The translations under genes and the position numbers were made by a program. 64,000 bases of DNA, taken from positions 15,032 to 79,031 of the forward strand of contig JBHPIO010000006.1 of the NCBI GenBank assembly GCA_042568575.1, written 5' to 3'. Shown one piece after another: positions 39,221 through 48,397 of this stretch. Each line of letters starts with the position of its first letter. Position 1 is the first letter of the stretch. The notes below the pieces were generated by a model. The model did no database searches and was not told where the DNA came from. It saw nothing but the letters and a program-made list of their open reading frames with translations. Origin of the DNA: Patescibacteria group bacterium (lineage in GTDB: Bacteria; Patescibacteriota; Gracilibacteria; UBA1369; PNNO01).

Positions 39221-40759
39221 ATGAAAAAAACACTCCTCAACATATCGGTAATCTCTCTTGCATTAGCCCTTCTATGGACTGGATTGTTTGCTGGAACAAT
39301 CAATGTTACTCATGCAGCAGATTCAGATAAAAGAGCAATCGATGAGGTAATTGAGGAAGCAAAAGCGAAAAAGAACAAGTTCCTCGCTCACGACATGTAC
39401 TTGAATATTTATGTTGAAGTAAACGACAAGCCGGAAAAGAAAGCTACAAAAGCTGCTGCAAGCAAACTCGGAATGAGTGAAGATCAAGTAAGTAGTGTCG
39501 CTAAACAAGGAGATCTATCTTCTTTATACGAAAGTTCAAAGACACTAGACAAAACACATCAACAATACATTAAAGTCCTAGACTCATATAATAAAGCGTT
39601 GGCAACAGAAAGCCTACGTACAGAACTCGAACAAGCAGTTAAACCAAGTGAAATCTTTGCCGATGGCGACACGTCAAACTCAGACTTCGACTTAATCCAT
39701 GACCTGTCTATCATAGAAGAGATTTTGTTTAATGAAAAATCAAAAAGCGACTTCGGTGGAACCTTCAACTCGCCATCTGTCGACACGACAGATTCGGGCG
39801 AACAAGAAGAACTTGCCGACCTATTTGATGATCCAAGCCTTCTCCCAGATGAAGAAGGTGATGACGAAGCTCCAAAGGAAGATGATGAAGGCCTTGAGCC
39901 ATTAGAATGTTTTGAAGGAGACGATGCTCTTACAAATTCCCTACAAGACTTTGAAGACGAACAGGCTACGCAAGCAGAAGCAGGAGCCGGCGAAGGCGAG
40001 GAAGATCCTTTTGGTGACGAAACAACAGAAGAGGAAGAATTCCCTAAAGCACCTGAAGACGAATGGTCTTTAGATGACTTGTGTCCAGATGGCGCTCCAT
40101 TCTGCATAGACATTGAATTCATCATGAAGAAAGCTTCAATTGGGCCGTTTAAAGGATCCAAGAGTGATTGTGTTGAATGCACAGTACAAAAGATCAACAA
40201 AGCATTTGACGACACACTCGCAAAACCGCTTTCAGCAAATAAAGTTACCGGAAACGTACTTGAAGTAGCTAAATGTAAAAAGAGCCTCACTGTACTTCCA
40301 GCAAATATGAAGATCACAACGGTTGCAGTAGCAGTTCCTCAGTCTACCAACTTGTTTGCACCTTCAAGTATTGGTGAAGAATGGAAGAAGTTTAATGAAA
40401 GAACAAATCCATTGTGGTATCAGAAAACAGATAAAGCCGCTGCAGAAGACCTTAAAAAGGAAGATCCGTCGCAAGAAGATCGAGCTGCAAGAAAAGGTAT
40501 AACCACTGCAGGACCTGGTGCAACACTCGATGATGTTCAGCAGCGCACTCAAAATATTGTGAAAAGCCAAAAAGATCAGGCAGATAAAGATGCAGACCTC
40601 GCAAAACAACAGGAAACTGCAGAAAAACAGAATCGTCATTATTCAAACCTTCTACGTGAAATAACTACAATGAACCTTCATTTCCAGAGCATGAAAGAAA
40701 CATTCGAAAAAATGAAGACACCATGTAGCGAACTAGCTAACAAATCCAAATGCAAATAA
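39221..40759 (+). CDS. Secreted hypothetical protein (acidic linker, Cys-rich, coiled coil)
   Basis: Start ATG 39221 (MKKTLLNI..VTHA|A). Contains CPDGAPFC, CVEC and C-terminal C..KSKCK. Confidence 0.78.
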   Translation: MKKTLLNISVISLALALLWTGLFAGTINVTHAADSDKRAIDEVIEEAKAKKNKFLAHDMYLNIYVEVNDKPEKKATKAAASKLGMSEDQVSSVAKQGDLSSLYESSKTLDKTHQQYIKVLDSYNKALATESLRTELEQAVKPSEIFADGDTSNSDFDLIHDLSIIEEILFNEKSKSDFGGTFNSPSVDTTDSGEQEELADLFDDPSLLPDEEGDDEAPKEDDEGLEPLECFEGDDALTNSLQDFEDEQATQAEAGAGEGEEDPFGDETTEEEEFPKAPEDEWSLDDLCPDGAPFCIDIEFIMKKASIGPFKGSKSDCVECTVQKINKAFDDTLAKPLSANKVTGNVLEVAKCKKSLTVLPANMKITTVAVAVPQSTNLFAPSSIGEEWKKFNERTNPLWYQKTDKAAAEDLKKEDPSQEDRAARKGITTAGPGATLDDVQQRTQNIVKSQKDQADKDADLAKQQETAEKQNRHYSNLLREITTMNLHFQSMKETFEKMKTPCSELANKSKCK

Positions 40760-40761
40760 TC

Positions 40762-41781
40762 ATGAAAACAATTAAGAAGATAATCGTAACACTTACACTA
40801 ATAAGTGTAATAACTACCGCTGCACCTATTGCAAACGCGCAAAATACAGGTAAAGAGCTGTTTTGTCAGCGTGACTGGGCATCGTTTATATCGTCGGTTA
40901 TCTCTTACGACAGCTTTTCCGAATACTGGAAAGATATGTTCTACAGATACAACAAAAACATCTGCTACTACACTGATATCGACAATATTCTCCAACAAGT
41001 CGAAAAAGCCCAAGAGCAAATAAGAAATGCTTTCTATACCTGCGATGCAGCGCGTGCCACACAGTTAAAGACCAGATATTATGAACTTGAAGCGGAACTC
41101 TTCTTCCTACGTAATTTCGTTGATATTTCAAAGAGCGAAATCAAAACAGTCCCTGATAAAAAGATCCACGAAGCTCTTCGCGGCAATTTCGTAATAGGCA
41201 AATCATACTTCACAGAAGAAAGATCAACTGAATTGTTCGAGCAATTTAAACAAAAGTACGGAAAACGTGTGGCAACTACATATAAAGAATGTAGCGACCC
41301 AGGGCTAGAAGCACTCACAAAGAAATTTAAGGATCTTAAGAAAAGCTTCCAAAACATGGCCAGCGGCAAAACAGGAACCTCATTAAAGGATTACTGGAAC
41401 AAAAGTCTAAACACTCCAGTGAAGCGAACAGGCAATTTCCTTGGTGGAGTTTTGGATGCACGGATAAATGGACTCCCACCAAAGGAGGCAGTCGATAATA
41501 TTTACAAGGAAGTGCAAAAAAGTCTACCACCAGACACACCGCCAACACTGAATGCGGTTCAAAATGCCATCGCAAAAGAAGAAGATGACTATGCCGCGAA
41601 GCTTGAAAAAGCATCATTATTGGCGGAATATGAAGCACTATATAAGAACGGAACTGACTCAATGGCCAAAGATTTCGAAGCGAAACTGAAGCAATTAGAT
41701 TCAATAATCAAGGGTACATACCCTGCATTTAACTCACTCATCGAGTGCTCGAAAAAGGCTAAGGATAAACAATGCAAGTAA
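40762..41781 (+). CDS. Secreted helical hypothetical protein
   Basis: Start ATG 40762 (MKTIKK..IANA|Q). Helical, six Cys, ends C..KDKQCK. Confidence 0.78.
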   Translation: MKTIKKIIVTLTLISVITTAAPIANAQNTGKELFCQRDWASFISSVISYDSFSEYWKDMFYRYNKNICYYTDIDNILQQVEKAQEQIRNAFYTCDAARATQLKTRYYELEAELFFLRNFVDISKSEIKTVPDKKIHEALRGNFVIGKSYFTEERSTELFEQFKQKYGKRVATTYKECSDPGLEALTKKFKDLKKSFQNMASGKTGTSLKDYWNKSLNTPVKRTGNFLGGVLDARINGLPPKEAVDNIYKEVQKSLPPDTPPTLNAVQNAIAKEEDDYAAKLEKASLLAEYEALYKNGTDSMAKDFEAKLKQLDSIIKGTYPAFNSLIECSKKAKDKQCK

Positions 41782-41859
41782 TTGCCTTAAGCATTTAGCT
41801 GCTTATACATGCGCATTTGACCTACGGCCCTCGGATGGATAAGTACGCAGAGCGAACGT

Positions 41860-41898
41860 GCAAAAAACTCCCGGGGTAAATATTGGGGAGTTTCTTGC
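41860..41898. terminator. Probable bidirectional terminator between convergent operons
   Basis: Inverted repeat GCAAAAAACTCCC...GGGAGTTTCTTGC with A/T tracts on both sides. Confidence 0.7.
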
Positions 41899-41949
41899 TA
41901 AGGCTTTTCTAGGGCTTGTATTGTGGGGGTCGAATAATGTGGGGAGGAT

Positions 41950-42120
41950 CTAACGATGCACAAGTGCCATAATTGTTCCTTTCAGTTTTCCCTTAATCAG
42001 ATTACTACTATGTGGTCTGTTCAGTTTCTCATTAATTTCCGCGATGTCACTTTTACAGTAAGGGCATATATCTTTCATACTTGAGATAGCCTTACCGCAA
42101 CTAATGCAATTAAAAATCAT
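41950..42120 (-). CDS. Small zinc-ribbon protein (56 aa, not in ORF track)
   Basis: MIFNCISCGKAISSMKDICPYCKSDIAEINEKLNRPHSSNLIKGKLKGTIMALVHR* has CxxC-x10-CxxC and starts 7 bp after the HTH gene stop. Confidence 0.75.
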   Translation of the reverse strand: MIFNCISCGKAISSMKDICPYCKSDIAEINEKLNRPHSSNLIKGKLKGTIMALVHR

Positions 42121-42127
42121 AAATAAT

Positions 42128-42439
42128 TTATTCCAGGATGTAATGGTCGTCTTTCTCTCTGTCCGAGAGGGTGTCTTCTACTTTAATATCTTCTTCAATC
42201 TTTTCTTCAACTGTTGTGGTTGCTTCTTTTTGCGTTTCTTGAGAGATGTCTTTCTTATCCGAAGGAGAAGCCATGAATCTTTCTTCGAGAAATTTCTCAA
42301 CGTCACTTTCTCTGATCCTCCATACTCGCCCCAGCTTAAGTCCTCTTAATTTTCCTTCTTTAATATACTTAAGGACTGTAAAGGGGTGTACTTGGAGAAT
42401 TTGCGATACTTGCTCTGACGTTAATAATTTGTCCGCCAT
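42128..42439 (-). CDS. Excisionase/BldC-like (HTH_17, MerR-type winged HTH) DNA-binding protein
   Basis: LLTSEQVSQILQVHPFTVLKYIKEGKLRGLKLGRVWRIRESDVEKFL followed by an acidic tail. Confidence 0.88.
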   Translation of the reverse strand: MADKLLTSEQVSQILQVHPFTVLKYIKEGKLRGLKLGRVWRIRESDVEKFLEERFMASPSDKKDISQETQKEATTTVEEKIEEDIKVEDTLSDREKDDHYILE

Positions 42440-42450
42440 CCGATATAAAT

Positions 42451-42700
42451 TAGAGTGATTTTATACAATTTTGTTTAACTCTAATAAATTGTACCATTTC
42501 TAGGCAATCTGAGCAAGTTCTATGTAAACAACCTAAATTTCAAAAAGCATTAGTATATATATCACAATTTAAATAACTTTTCAATAGTTTTGGCAAGTTT
42601 AATTTAATTTAATTAAAGATGAAGTATGTTTCACACAATTTTATCAAATCTGATTAAAGGTCATTAAACTTTCGCATATTTCATCAAATTTAGACACTTC
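42451..42700. repeat. Three arrays of degenerate 10-bp-period direct repeats
   Basis: Arrays at 42451-42490, 42561-42610 and 42631-42700 (e.g. TTATCAAATC/TGATTAAAGG/TCATTAAACT/TTCGCATATT/TCATCAAATT). Confidence 0.5.
42488..42516 (-). promoter_or_regulatory. Promoter of the HTH-zinc ribbon operon
   Basis: TTGCTC-17bp-TACAAT with an extended TG on the minus strand. Confidence 0.6.
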
Positions 42701-42868
42701 CAGGCGTTTTAAGGATTTTTTTGACCACTTATACGTTTTTTATGGCTTGCGCGTTATATCGCATAAAATTTAGTGGACAGTGATTTTGGATCAAGAATCA
42801 TTTAATTTTACCTTTTATTGTAATTTTGATAAAATTAAATTATCCAATAAAAATATAATCGAAAAAAT

Positions 42869-43301
42869 ATGGGCGAAGTCGATCCAAGATATCATTCTGC
42901 CGAACATATTCTTACAGCAGTGTTCGGAAACTTATTTAATGCAAAAATAATCGACTCAAGATTCAAAGGAACAAAAGTAAGATGTGACTTCGAGATCGAA
43001 AGCGAAACACCAATAGAAGAAATCGCACAAAAAAGCAGAAGAAAAGGCAAATGAAATAATCTCCGAAAATAGAAAAACAACATTTGAAGAAGTTAGTTTA
43101 GAAGAAGCAAAAGAAATATGCTCCTTGCACAGATTGCCGGAAGAAGCAGAGAAAATAAGAATTGTTCGCATTGGTGAGGACGTAATAACACCTTGCCGTG
43201 GTGAGCACGTTAAAAACACGTCTGAAATAGGAGTAATAAAGATTCGAACCTACAACTATATAAATCCAAGAACGTTGCGTTTAACTTTTGGGATTGAGTA
43301 A
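42869..43301 (+). pseudogene. AlaX-like free-standing aminoacyl-tRNA editing protein, split by a +1 frameshift
   Basis: Frame 1 carries HSAEH (HxxxH) and RCDF. After the A6 run at 43029-43034 the +1 frame gives AEEKANEII...IRIVRIG...PCRGEHVKNTSEIG (CxGxH), with its stop at 43299-43301. Confidence 0.8.
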
Positions 43302-43320
43302 TCTTTGAACACCTGATAGC

Positions 43321-46212
43321 CTACCTCTCCATCGTTTTCTTAAGCCACTGCCCAGTAAACGATTTTTTCACCTTCGCAACCTCTTCCGGCGTTCCTACAG
43401 CTACGATTTCGCCGCCTTCGTCGCCTCCGTGAGGTCCAAGGTCTATTATGTGGTCTACGGACTTAATAACGTCTAAATTGTGTTCGATTGTAAGCACTGT
43501 ATTGCCTTTTTCGACTAATTGCACCAAAACGTCGAGTAATTTCCTTACATCGTCGAAGTGAAGACCTGTTGTTGGCTCATCCAGAACGTAGAAAGTTTTT
43601 CCAGTTGATCTTTTTGAAAGTTCGGATGCTAATTTGATACGTTGCGCCTCACCACCAGAAAGCGTTGTCGCCGGTTGGCCGAGATGGATATACCCGAGTC
43701 CAACCTTCTGCAAAGTTGCGAGTTTGGTTTTGACAGATGGAATGGCATTGAAAAATTCAAGTGCCTCATTCACGGTCATAGTGAGAACATCCGAGATATT
43801 TTTTGAACGATAATTTATTTCGAGCGCCTCTTCATTGTACCTTCGACCTTTACACACATCACATTGAACATAGATGTCCGGAAGGAAGTGCATTTCGATT
43901 TTTTTGAGCCCATCTCCAGAACATGCCTCACAGCGCCCACCTTTCACATTAAAACTAAAGCGTCCTGCTTTATATCCTCGCATGCGCGCCTCGGGGGTGT
44001 TGGCAAAAAGGTCTCTAATATCAGTAAAAACGCCGGTGTATGTTGCCGGGTTTGAACGCGGTGTTCGACCAATTGGAGACTGATCTATGTTAATAATTTT
44101 ATCAATTTGCTTTATATTTTCGATAGAATCGTGCTCTCCAGGCAGTGCTTTTGCACCATTTATTTCCCTCGCGAGCTCCTTCACAAGTATGTCATTTATG
44201 AGTGTTGATTTCCCTGAACCAGACACTCCGGTAACTCCAATAAATTTTCCAAGTGGGATTTCAACTTCTAAACTTTTCAAATTATGTTGACGCGCACCTT
44301 TTATAATAATTTTTTCTCCATTCCCTTTTCTACGTTTCTCCGGAATAGGAATTTTTTTCTTCTTTGCAAGATACTGTCCTGTAATCGAATTAGGATTTTT
44401 CATAATTTCAGCCGGAGTCCCTGCTGCCACAACTTCACCACCATGTTTTCCTGCTCCCGGCCCAATATCCAAAATATAATCTGCCGCGAGCATCGTATCT
44501 ATGTCATGTTCAACAACAATTACGGTATTTCCGAGTTCGCGAAGCGATTCCATCGTAGTTATGAGCTTATCGTTGTCGTTTTGATGTAATCCTATGGAAG
44601 GCTCGTCTAAAACGTACAGAACGCCCGATAATTTGGACCCGATTTGTGTAGCAAGACGAATTCTCTGTGCTTCCCCACCAGAAAGCGTATTTGCAGATCT
44701 ATCTAATGTTAAATAATTCAATCCCACATTAGATAAGAACGATAATCTGTTTAAAATCTCCTTTAAAATCGGCTTTGATATCTGTTCTTCCACTTTTGTG
44801 AACTCGATATTCTGAAAATGATCAGATGCTTCTTTTACTGACATCTTTGTTGCATCAATAATAGATGCATCCCCGATTGTTACTGCCAGAGCTTCCGGCC
44901 GTAATCTGTGCCCCTTACATGTTGGACACTTCAAAATCCGCATAAACTGCTCAATTTTCTTTCTTATATAGTCAGAATCTGTTTCACGATAACGTCGTTC
45001 CAAGTTCGGGATAACTCCTTCAAAAGTCGTATTATAGTCTCCACTAAAGGCAGAACCTTCGTTTCGCTTAATGTTCACTTTGTATTTTTTGTCGCCAGTT
45101 CCATAAAGAACGAGTTCTAATTGCTCTTCTGTAAGCTTTTTAACTTTATCATCCATAGAAAACCCATTGTTCGCCGCAACTGCTTCCAAAATCCTGTTAT
45201 ACCAAGTTAGATGTGATGTCGTAGCCGACCATGGCACAATTGCACCTTCTGCAAGCGTTAATTTCTTATTAGGAATGATAAGCGTAGAGTCGATTTCAAG
45301 TTTTGTTCCAAGACCGTGGCACGTTGGACACGCCCCATGAGGACTATTGAACGAAAAAGTTCTTGGAGAAATCTCTGGAATATTGATATTACAACTTGGA
45401 CACGCAAAAAGTTCACTATAAGTGTCAATTTTGTTCGAGTCATTATCCATAATCATCATAATTCCGTTTCCATTTTTCAAACAAACTTCTATAGAATCGG
45501 CCAAACGACTTCTGTCCGGATTTGGCATTTCAACTTCCTCACCGGAAGAAAGCTTCTTAATAATCCTTTTGAAATTCTTTACAACAAGACGATCAACAAC
45601 AATTTCGATGTTATGCTTCTTGTTTTCGTCGAGATCCGGGATATTTAGTACGTTCACTACTTCACCGTCCACTCTTACACGAACAAACCCGTCTTTCTTA
45701 ATTTTTTCGAATACTTTTTGATGAACACCCTTCTTGTCACGGATAACAGGTGAAAGCAGCAATATCTTCTTGCCTTCGGGCATTTCCGCAACTGTCTCGA
45801 CAATTTGAGATAGCGATTGTCTACTGATTGGTTTTCCGCATTCAGGACAGTGTGGCTTCCCTACTTTCGCGAATAAAAGCCTTAAATAGTCATATATTTC
45901 GGTTACTGTTCCTACAGTTGAACGGGGATTTCGAGGTGCAGATTTCTGATCAATCGAAATTGCAGGCGAAAGACCATCGATGGACTCGACTTCCGGTTTC
46001 TCCATTAATTGAAGGAATTGTCGCGCGTATGTAGACAAACTTTCCACATACCTGCGCTGACCTTCTGCGTAGATGGTATCAAAAGCCAGTGATGATTTTC
46101 CTGATCCACTTAAACCGGTAATAACTACCAGCTTATTGCGGGGGATTTCAACATCAATGTTCTTTAAATTGTGAATTTTTGCGCCCTTTACAACAATTTT
46201 ATCGGATCCCAT
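43321..46212 (-). CDS. uvrA: Excinuclease ABC subunit A
   Basis: [24 protein letters not shown], two ABC cassettes (LSGGEAQRI) and zinc fingers. Confidence 0.98.
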   Translation of the reverse strand: MGSDKIVVKGAKIHNLKNIDVEIPRNKLVVITGLSGSGKSSLAFDTIYAEGQRRYVESLSTYARQFLQLMEKPEVESIDGLSPAISIDQKSAPRNPRSTVGTVTEIYDYLRLLFAKVGKPHCPECGKPISRQSLSQIVETVAEMPEGKKILLLSPVIRDKKGVHQKVFEKIKKDGFVRVRVDGEVVNVLNIPDLDENKKHNIEIVVDRLVVKNFKRIIKKLSSGEEVEMPNPDRSRLADSIEVCLKNGNGIMMIMDNDSNKIDTYSELFACPSCNINIPEISPRTFSFNSPHGACPTCHGLGTKLEIDSTLIIPNKKLTLAEGAIVPWSATTSHLTWYNRILEAVAANNGFSMDDKVKKLTEEQLELVLYGTGDKKYKVNIKRNEGSAFSGDYNTTFEGVIPNLERRYRETDSDYIRKKIEQFMRILKCPTCKGHRLRPEALAVTIGDASIIDATKMSVKEASDHFQNIEFTKVEEQISKPILKEILNRLSFLSNVGLNYLTLDRSANTLSGGEAQRIRLATQIGSKLSGVLYVLDEPSIGLHQNDNDKLITTMESLRELGNTVIVVEHDIDTMLAADYILDIGPGAGKHGGEVVAAGTPAEIMKNPNSITGQYLAKKKKIPIPEKRRKGNGEKIIIKGARQHNLKSLEVEIPLGKFIGVTGVSGSGKSTLINDILVKELAREINGAKALPGEHDSIENIKQIDKIINIDQSPIGRTPRSNPATYTGVFTDIRDLFANTPEARMRGYKAGRFSFNVKGGRCEACSGDGLKKIEMHFLPDIYVQCDVCKGRRYNEEALEINYRSKNISDVLTMTVNEALEFFNAIPSVKTKLATLQKVGLGYIHLGQPATTLSGGEAQRIKLASELSKRSTGKTFYVLDEPTTGLHFDDVRKLLDVLVQLVEKGNTVLTIEHNLDVIKSVDHIIDLGPHGGDEGGEIVAVGTPEEVAKVKKSFTGQWLKKTMER

Positions 46213-46297
46213 TCGAAAAGCCCTTTATATAAATTAAACTACACCATGAAAAAGTGCAGCTATCAAAATATCATAATTTTAGCCAGTTGGCAACTAT

Positions 46298-47146
46298 TTA
46301 GTCACTGGTCCTTATAGAAGCTAATTTACCATACTTCTTAAGATTTTCCTTCTTCTTTAAGAGATAAACGAGCGTCGCGTATCCGCCGGCTAGGAAAGGA
46401 ATTATCATGAATGCCCATTCCATTTCGAGGAAGATGTTGAAAAATGCATGGAGGAGCGACGCGATAACGAATCCTTCAACTATTTTTTCGTGGTGGAACA
46501 GCACCGGACGCCTTATATGGAATATTTTATGGAAAAGCTTCATTATTGGATGTCTTTTGTTGCGTAGCTCTTCTTTCAATATTGGCTCTGCAAAGTGAGC
46601 AACACCGTAAAAGTATCCAAAAATTCCTGAGAACATTACATGCGCAAACGTCGAGAAAAGTGATCTAAATATAAAGGGGAAAAACAATTGATCCATTCCA
46701 CGTACTGCAGCAATATTATTAAAATAGATAATATTTTCAATAAATGCGAATCCGAGCGCAGCCACAATGCAAAGCTCTATAGCGTCATCTATGCTGCGAA
46801 TTGCCTTGTTATCAACTACTCTTACTGAAATAATTTTTGAAACTTCCTCTATTACTCCTACAAACATAAATGTCACTAAAATCGGCAGCGGAATAAGCAT
46901 AAAAGAAGAAAGCCCCAATATGTCGGCATTCAGATTTCGTGTCCAAATAAAAGCATTTATCCATGGAAAAAACTGCCATAAATACTTATATGCAAGCAAT
47001 GGCGCAACAGAAACCATCCCGGCAATAAACGTTATTATTACCAGCTTTTTAGCTTCGGGATGCTTTTTAAGGAATATATACCCCCACATAATTACTGGGA
47101 GAAAAGCTAATAAAACGCATATTCCTATTGCTGCTGATTGTTCCAT
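46298..47146 (-). CDS. PrsW family intramembrane metalloprotease
   Basis: GVIEEVSK, LGFAFIEN, FAHVMFSG, LLHAFFN. Polytopic. Confidence 0.9.
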   Translation of the reverse strand: MEQSAAIGICVLLAFLPVIMWGYIFLKKHPEAKKLVIITFIAGMVSVAPLLAYKYLWQFFPWINAFIWTRNLNADILGLSSFMLIPLPILVTFMFVGVIEEVSKIISVRVVDNKAIRSIDDAIELCIVAALGFAFIENIIYFNNIAAVRGMDQLFFPFIFRSLFSTFAHVMFSGIFGYFYGVAHFAEPILKEELRNKRHPIMKLFHKIFHIRRPVLFHHEKIVEGFVIASLLHAFFNIFLEMEWAFMIIPFLAGGYATLVYLLKKKENLKKYGKLASIRTSD

Positions 47147-47210
47147 GATTCAATTATTACATCATATGATTATACCATATTTTGTAGCAATTGACTAACA
47201 TGAAATGTGC

Positions 47211-48281
47211 TTATTTTAGCTTTCCGCTCTCAATTTCGAATACAGACGACCCATCGACGGAAAAATCATGATGGGTTGTAGTAATAAACGACTGAAATTC
47301 TTGAATTGCATCCATTAAAAACTGCTGACGCTTCTTATCAAGCTCAGAAAACACATCATCCAAAAGCAAGATCGGCTTCCTGCCAGCCTGTTTTTCTATA
47401 TAAGCGATTTCCGTAAATTTAAGCGCAATCAAAAGTGTTCTCATTTCGCCTCTAGATCCAAATTCACTAATATTATGTCCATTAAAGTTAAAAACAAGAT
47501 CATCCCGATGAATGCCCTTTGTAGTTTGCGCATATCTTAAATCGTTTTTCCTTTGCGCCTTTATGACCTCAAGATAATCCCCCTCAATAGTTGCATTATA
47601 ACTTACACCAAGCTTGTCCTTTGTCTGCGAAACATTATTGTAATTTCCCTCAGCCACCTCATTGAAAAAATCGACAAGTTTAAGCCGTTTTTTCAATATG
47701 TAGGTTCCATATTCCGCAAGTTGTTGATCCCAAACATCCAATTCCTCAGCAGAAGATTTCCCAAGATCAATCAAAAACAGAGCCTTATTTCTTTGTTTAA
47801 CAATGCGGTTATATTGAATAAGCGCATCGAAATAAAGCGGGTCTGTCTGCGACAAAATCGTATCCAAATACTTCCTTCTAAGCGAAGGTGAAAGATAAAG
47901 CATATTCAGATCCTCTGGATGAAAAAGAACAATATTCAGCTGTCCAATAAAGTTTTTTATCGAAACATCTGCGTTATCTTTGCGAAGATTCTTCTTTTGC
48001 ACTGGAGCAATACTCGCAAAAAACTCGAGTGAAATTTCGTTATTTGCATGAGTTGCAGTCCCAACAATTCTCGTATAATCCTTTTCCCACTGGATTAAAG
48101 ACGTATGCTGTTTTGTCCTAAATGACTTCGCAAGCGAAAGAAGCGTAATCGCCTCAAGAAAATTTGTCTTCCCTTGTGCATTATCACCTATGAAAAGATT
48201 TATATTTTTTGCATCGTCAAAGCTGAGATCGAGATTCTCATAATTGCGATAATTTTCGAGTTTGATGCTTTTTAGTCGCAT
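47211..48281 (-). CDS. recF: DNA replication/repair protein RecF
   Basis: GDNAQGKTN, RRKYLD, GIHRDDL, GSRGE, LLLDDVFSELD. Confidence 0.96.
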   Translation of the reverse strand: MRLKSIKLENYRNYENLDLSFDDAKNINLFIGDNAQGKTNFLEAITLLSLAKSFRTKQHTSLIQWEKDYTRIVGTATHANNEISLEFFASIAPVQKKNLRKDNADVSIKNFIGQLNIVLFHPEDLNMLYLSPSLRRKYLDTILSQTDPLYFDALIQYNRIVKQRNKALFLIDLGKSSAEELDVWDQQLAEYGTYILKKRLKLVDFFNEVAEGNYNNVSQTKDKLGVSYNATIEGDYLEVIKAQRKNDLRYAQTTKGIHRDDLVFNFNGHNISEFGSRGEMRTLLIALKFTEIAYIEKQAGRKPILLLDDVFSELDKKRQQFLMDAIQEFQSFITTTHHDFSVDGSSVFEIESGKLK

Positions 48282-48311
48282 ATTTAGATTAATTTCATCA
48301 GACGCAGAGAA

Positions 48312-48362
48312 ATCATACAGGCACCATGATGTTTTGACAATATGCTCAATAACGGCTATCTT
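48312..48362. promoter_or_regulatory. Divergent overlapping promoters for recF and thrS
   Basis: Plus strand TTGACA(48334)-17-TATCTT and minus strand TTGTCA-17-TATGAT. The -35 boxes overlap. Confidence 0.5.
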
Positions 48363-48397
48363 CTAAAAAGAAATATAGTATTTAAGCACCTAATTAT

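Noticed and set aside
39559-40317. 252-aa antisense ORF and the many short ORFs inside the giant gene
   Set aside because: Ser-rich mirror translations of acidic GAA/GAT-rich coding strands, with no independent motifs.
41927-41950. dif-like site (GGTCGAATAATGT) near the strand switch
   Set aside because: Only one arm loosely resembles dif. The TTATGTTAAAT-like second arm is absent.
42128-42439. Prophage/ICE signalled by an excisionase-like gene
   Set aside because: No integrase, att-like repeats, tRNA target, or phage/conjugation genes nearby.
42440-42868. oriC in the 430-bp AT-rich gap
   Set aside because: No clear DnaA boxes (TTATCCACA) and no dnaA/dnaN. Overall gene orientation converges on this region rather than diverging from it.
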